A stretch of DNA of 64,000 nucleotides from Eledone cirrhosa (taxonomy: Eukaryota). Under the pieces are notes generated by a model, which had not been told where the DNA came from, searched no databases, and worked only from the letters and a program-made list of their open reading frames with translations. Each line of letters starts with the position of its first letter. Position 1 is the stretch's first letter. Positions 63,546 to 64,000 of this stretch are shown in pieces. The stretch spans positions 20,212,001 to 20,276,000 of the forward strand of contig OZ024766.1 of assembly GCA_964016885.1 (NCBI GenBank), read 5' to 3'. Made by a program: the position numbers and the translations under genes.

Positions 63546-63751
63546 TTATTTAAACAGACAAAAGACCAGACTTCCATCACTTCTCAACAAACAGCAACTA
63601 ATACACAATTAAAACACCATTAAACACCAAATATTAATAAATCTGCAAAAAGATCGATAAATAAACTACAAATATAACAAATAATGTAAATCATCCGACA
63701 TTATTAAAGACATATTGAACACATATAAAATATATAAAGATATAATATTAC

Positions 63752-64000
63752 CCGAATATATGGTTAATGGTTGATGGCCGATGAGTGAACACCTTGTAGG
63801 AAAAATATATGTTTTACGGTGTTTTTAAAAGCTGGGATGAGAAAAATAAATGCTTGGGTGGATAGAAGAAAGATTTCTGCTTGTAATGGCGGTAATTTAT
63901 GGTAATTACTATGCAGATTTAATGGTGGATGTTGTAGATTTATACGTTTTGTTTCAAAAACGATGACGGGAGGCGAAAATGGCGCATCTCAACGCATCGC
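63752..64000 (-). promoter_or_regulatory. Possible promoter-proximal region / non-coding first exon of RBBP6
   Basis: Unique sequence becoming CpG-richer toward 64000; YY1-type motif CGCCATTTT on the minus strand at 63976-63984; possible donor CGG|gtaata at 63751; candidate downstream acceptors at 57366 (ttttccag|) and 54985 (tttttacag|). Confidence 0.35.

Overview
Eukaryotic, AT-rich, very repeat-dense genomic DNA. The SINE/RTE families and microsatellite load resemble a coleoid cephalopod such as octopus (inference). One spliced protein-coding gene runs on the minus strand across most of the window: an RBBP6 (PACT/Mpe1 family) E3 ubiquitin ligase with DWNN domain, CCHC zinc knuckle and RING-type domain. 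I traced 12 coding exons by hand from the ATG at 54943 down to 423, all with GT-AG boundaries and consistent phases; the gene continues past the left edge, and a possible promoter/first non-coding exon lies near 64000. The introns hold CORE-type tRNA-SINEs, a second SINE family, RTE-clade LINE fragments, MITE-like elements, microsatellites and about 20 minisatellite arrays, many grown from pieces of those elements. Nearly all long ORFs in the track are repeat artefacts. Best leads: a complete minimal Penelope-type hammerhead ribozyme (39856-39891) plus a truncated one; inverted 99-bp arrays abutting two splice sites 26 kb apart (circRNA/dsRNA architecture); a candidate poison exon and a DWNN-only read-through isoform in intron 3; and a satellite-carrying element present twice with independently evolved arrays.
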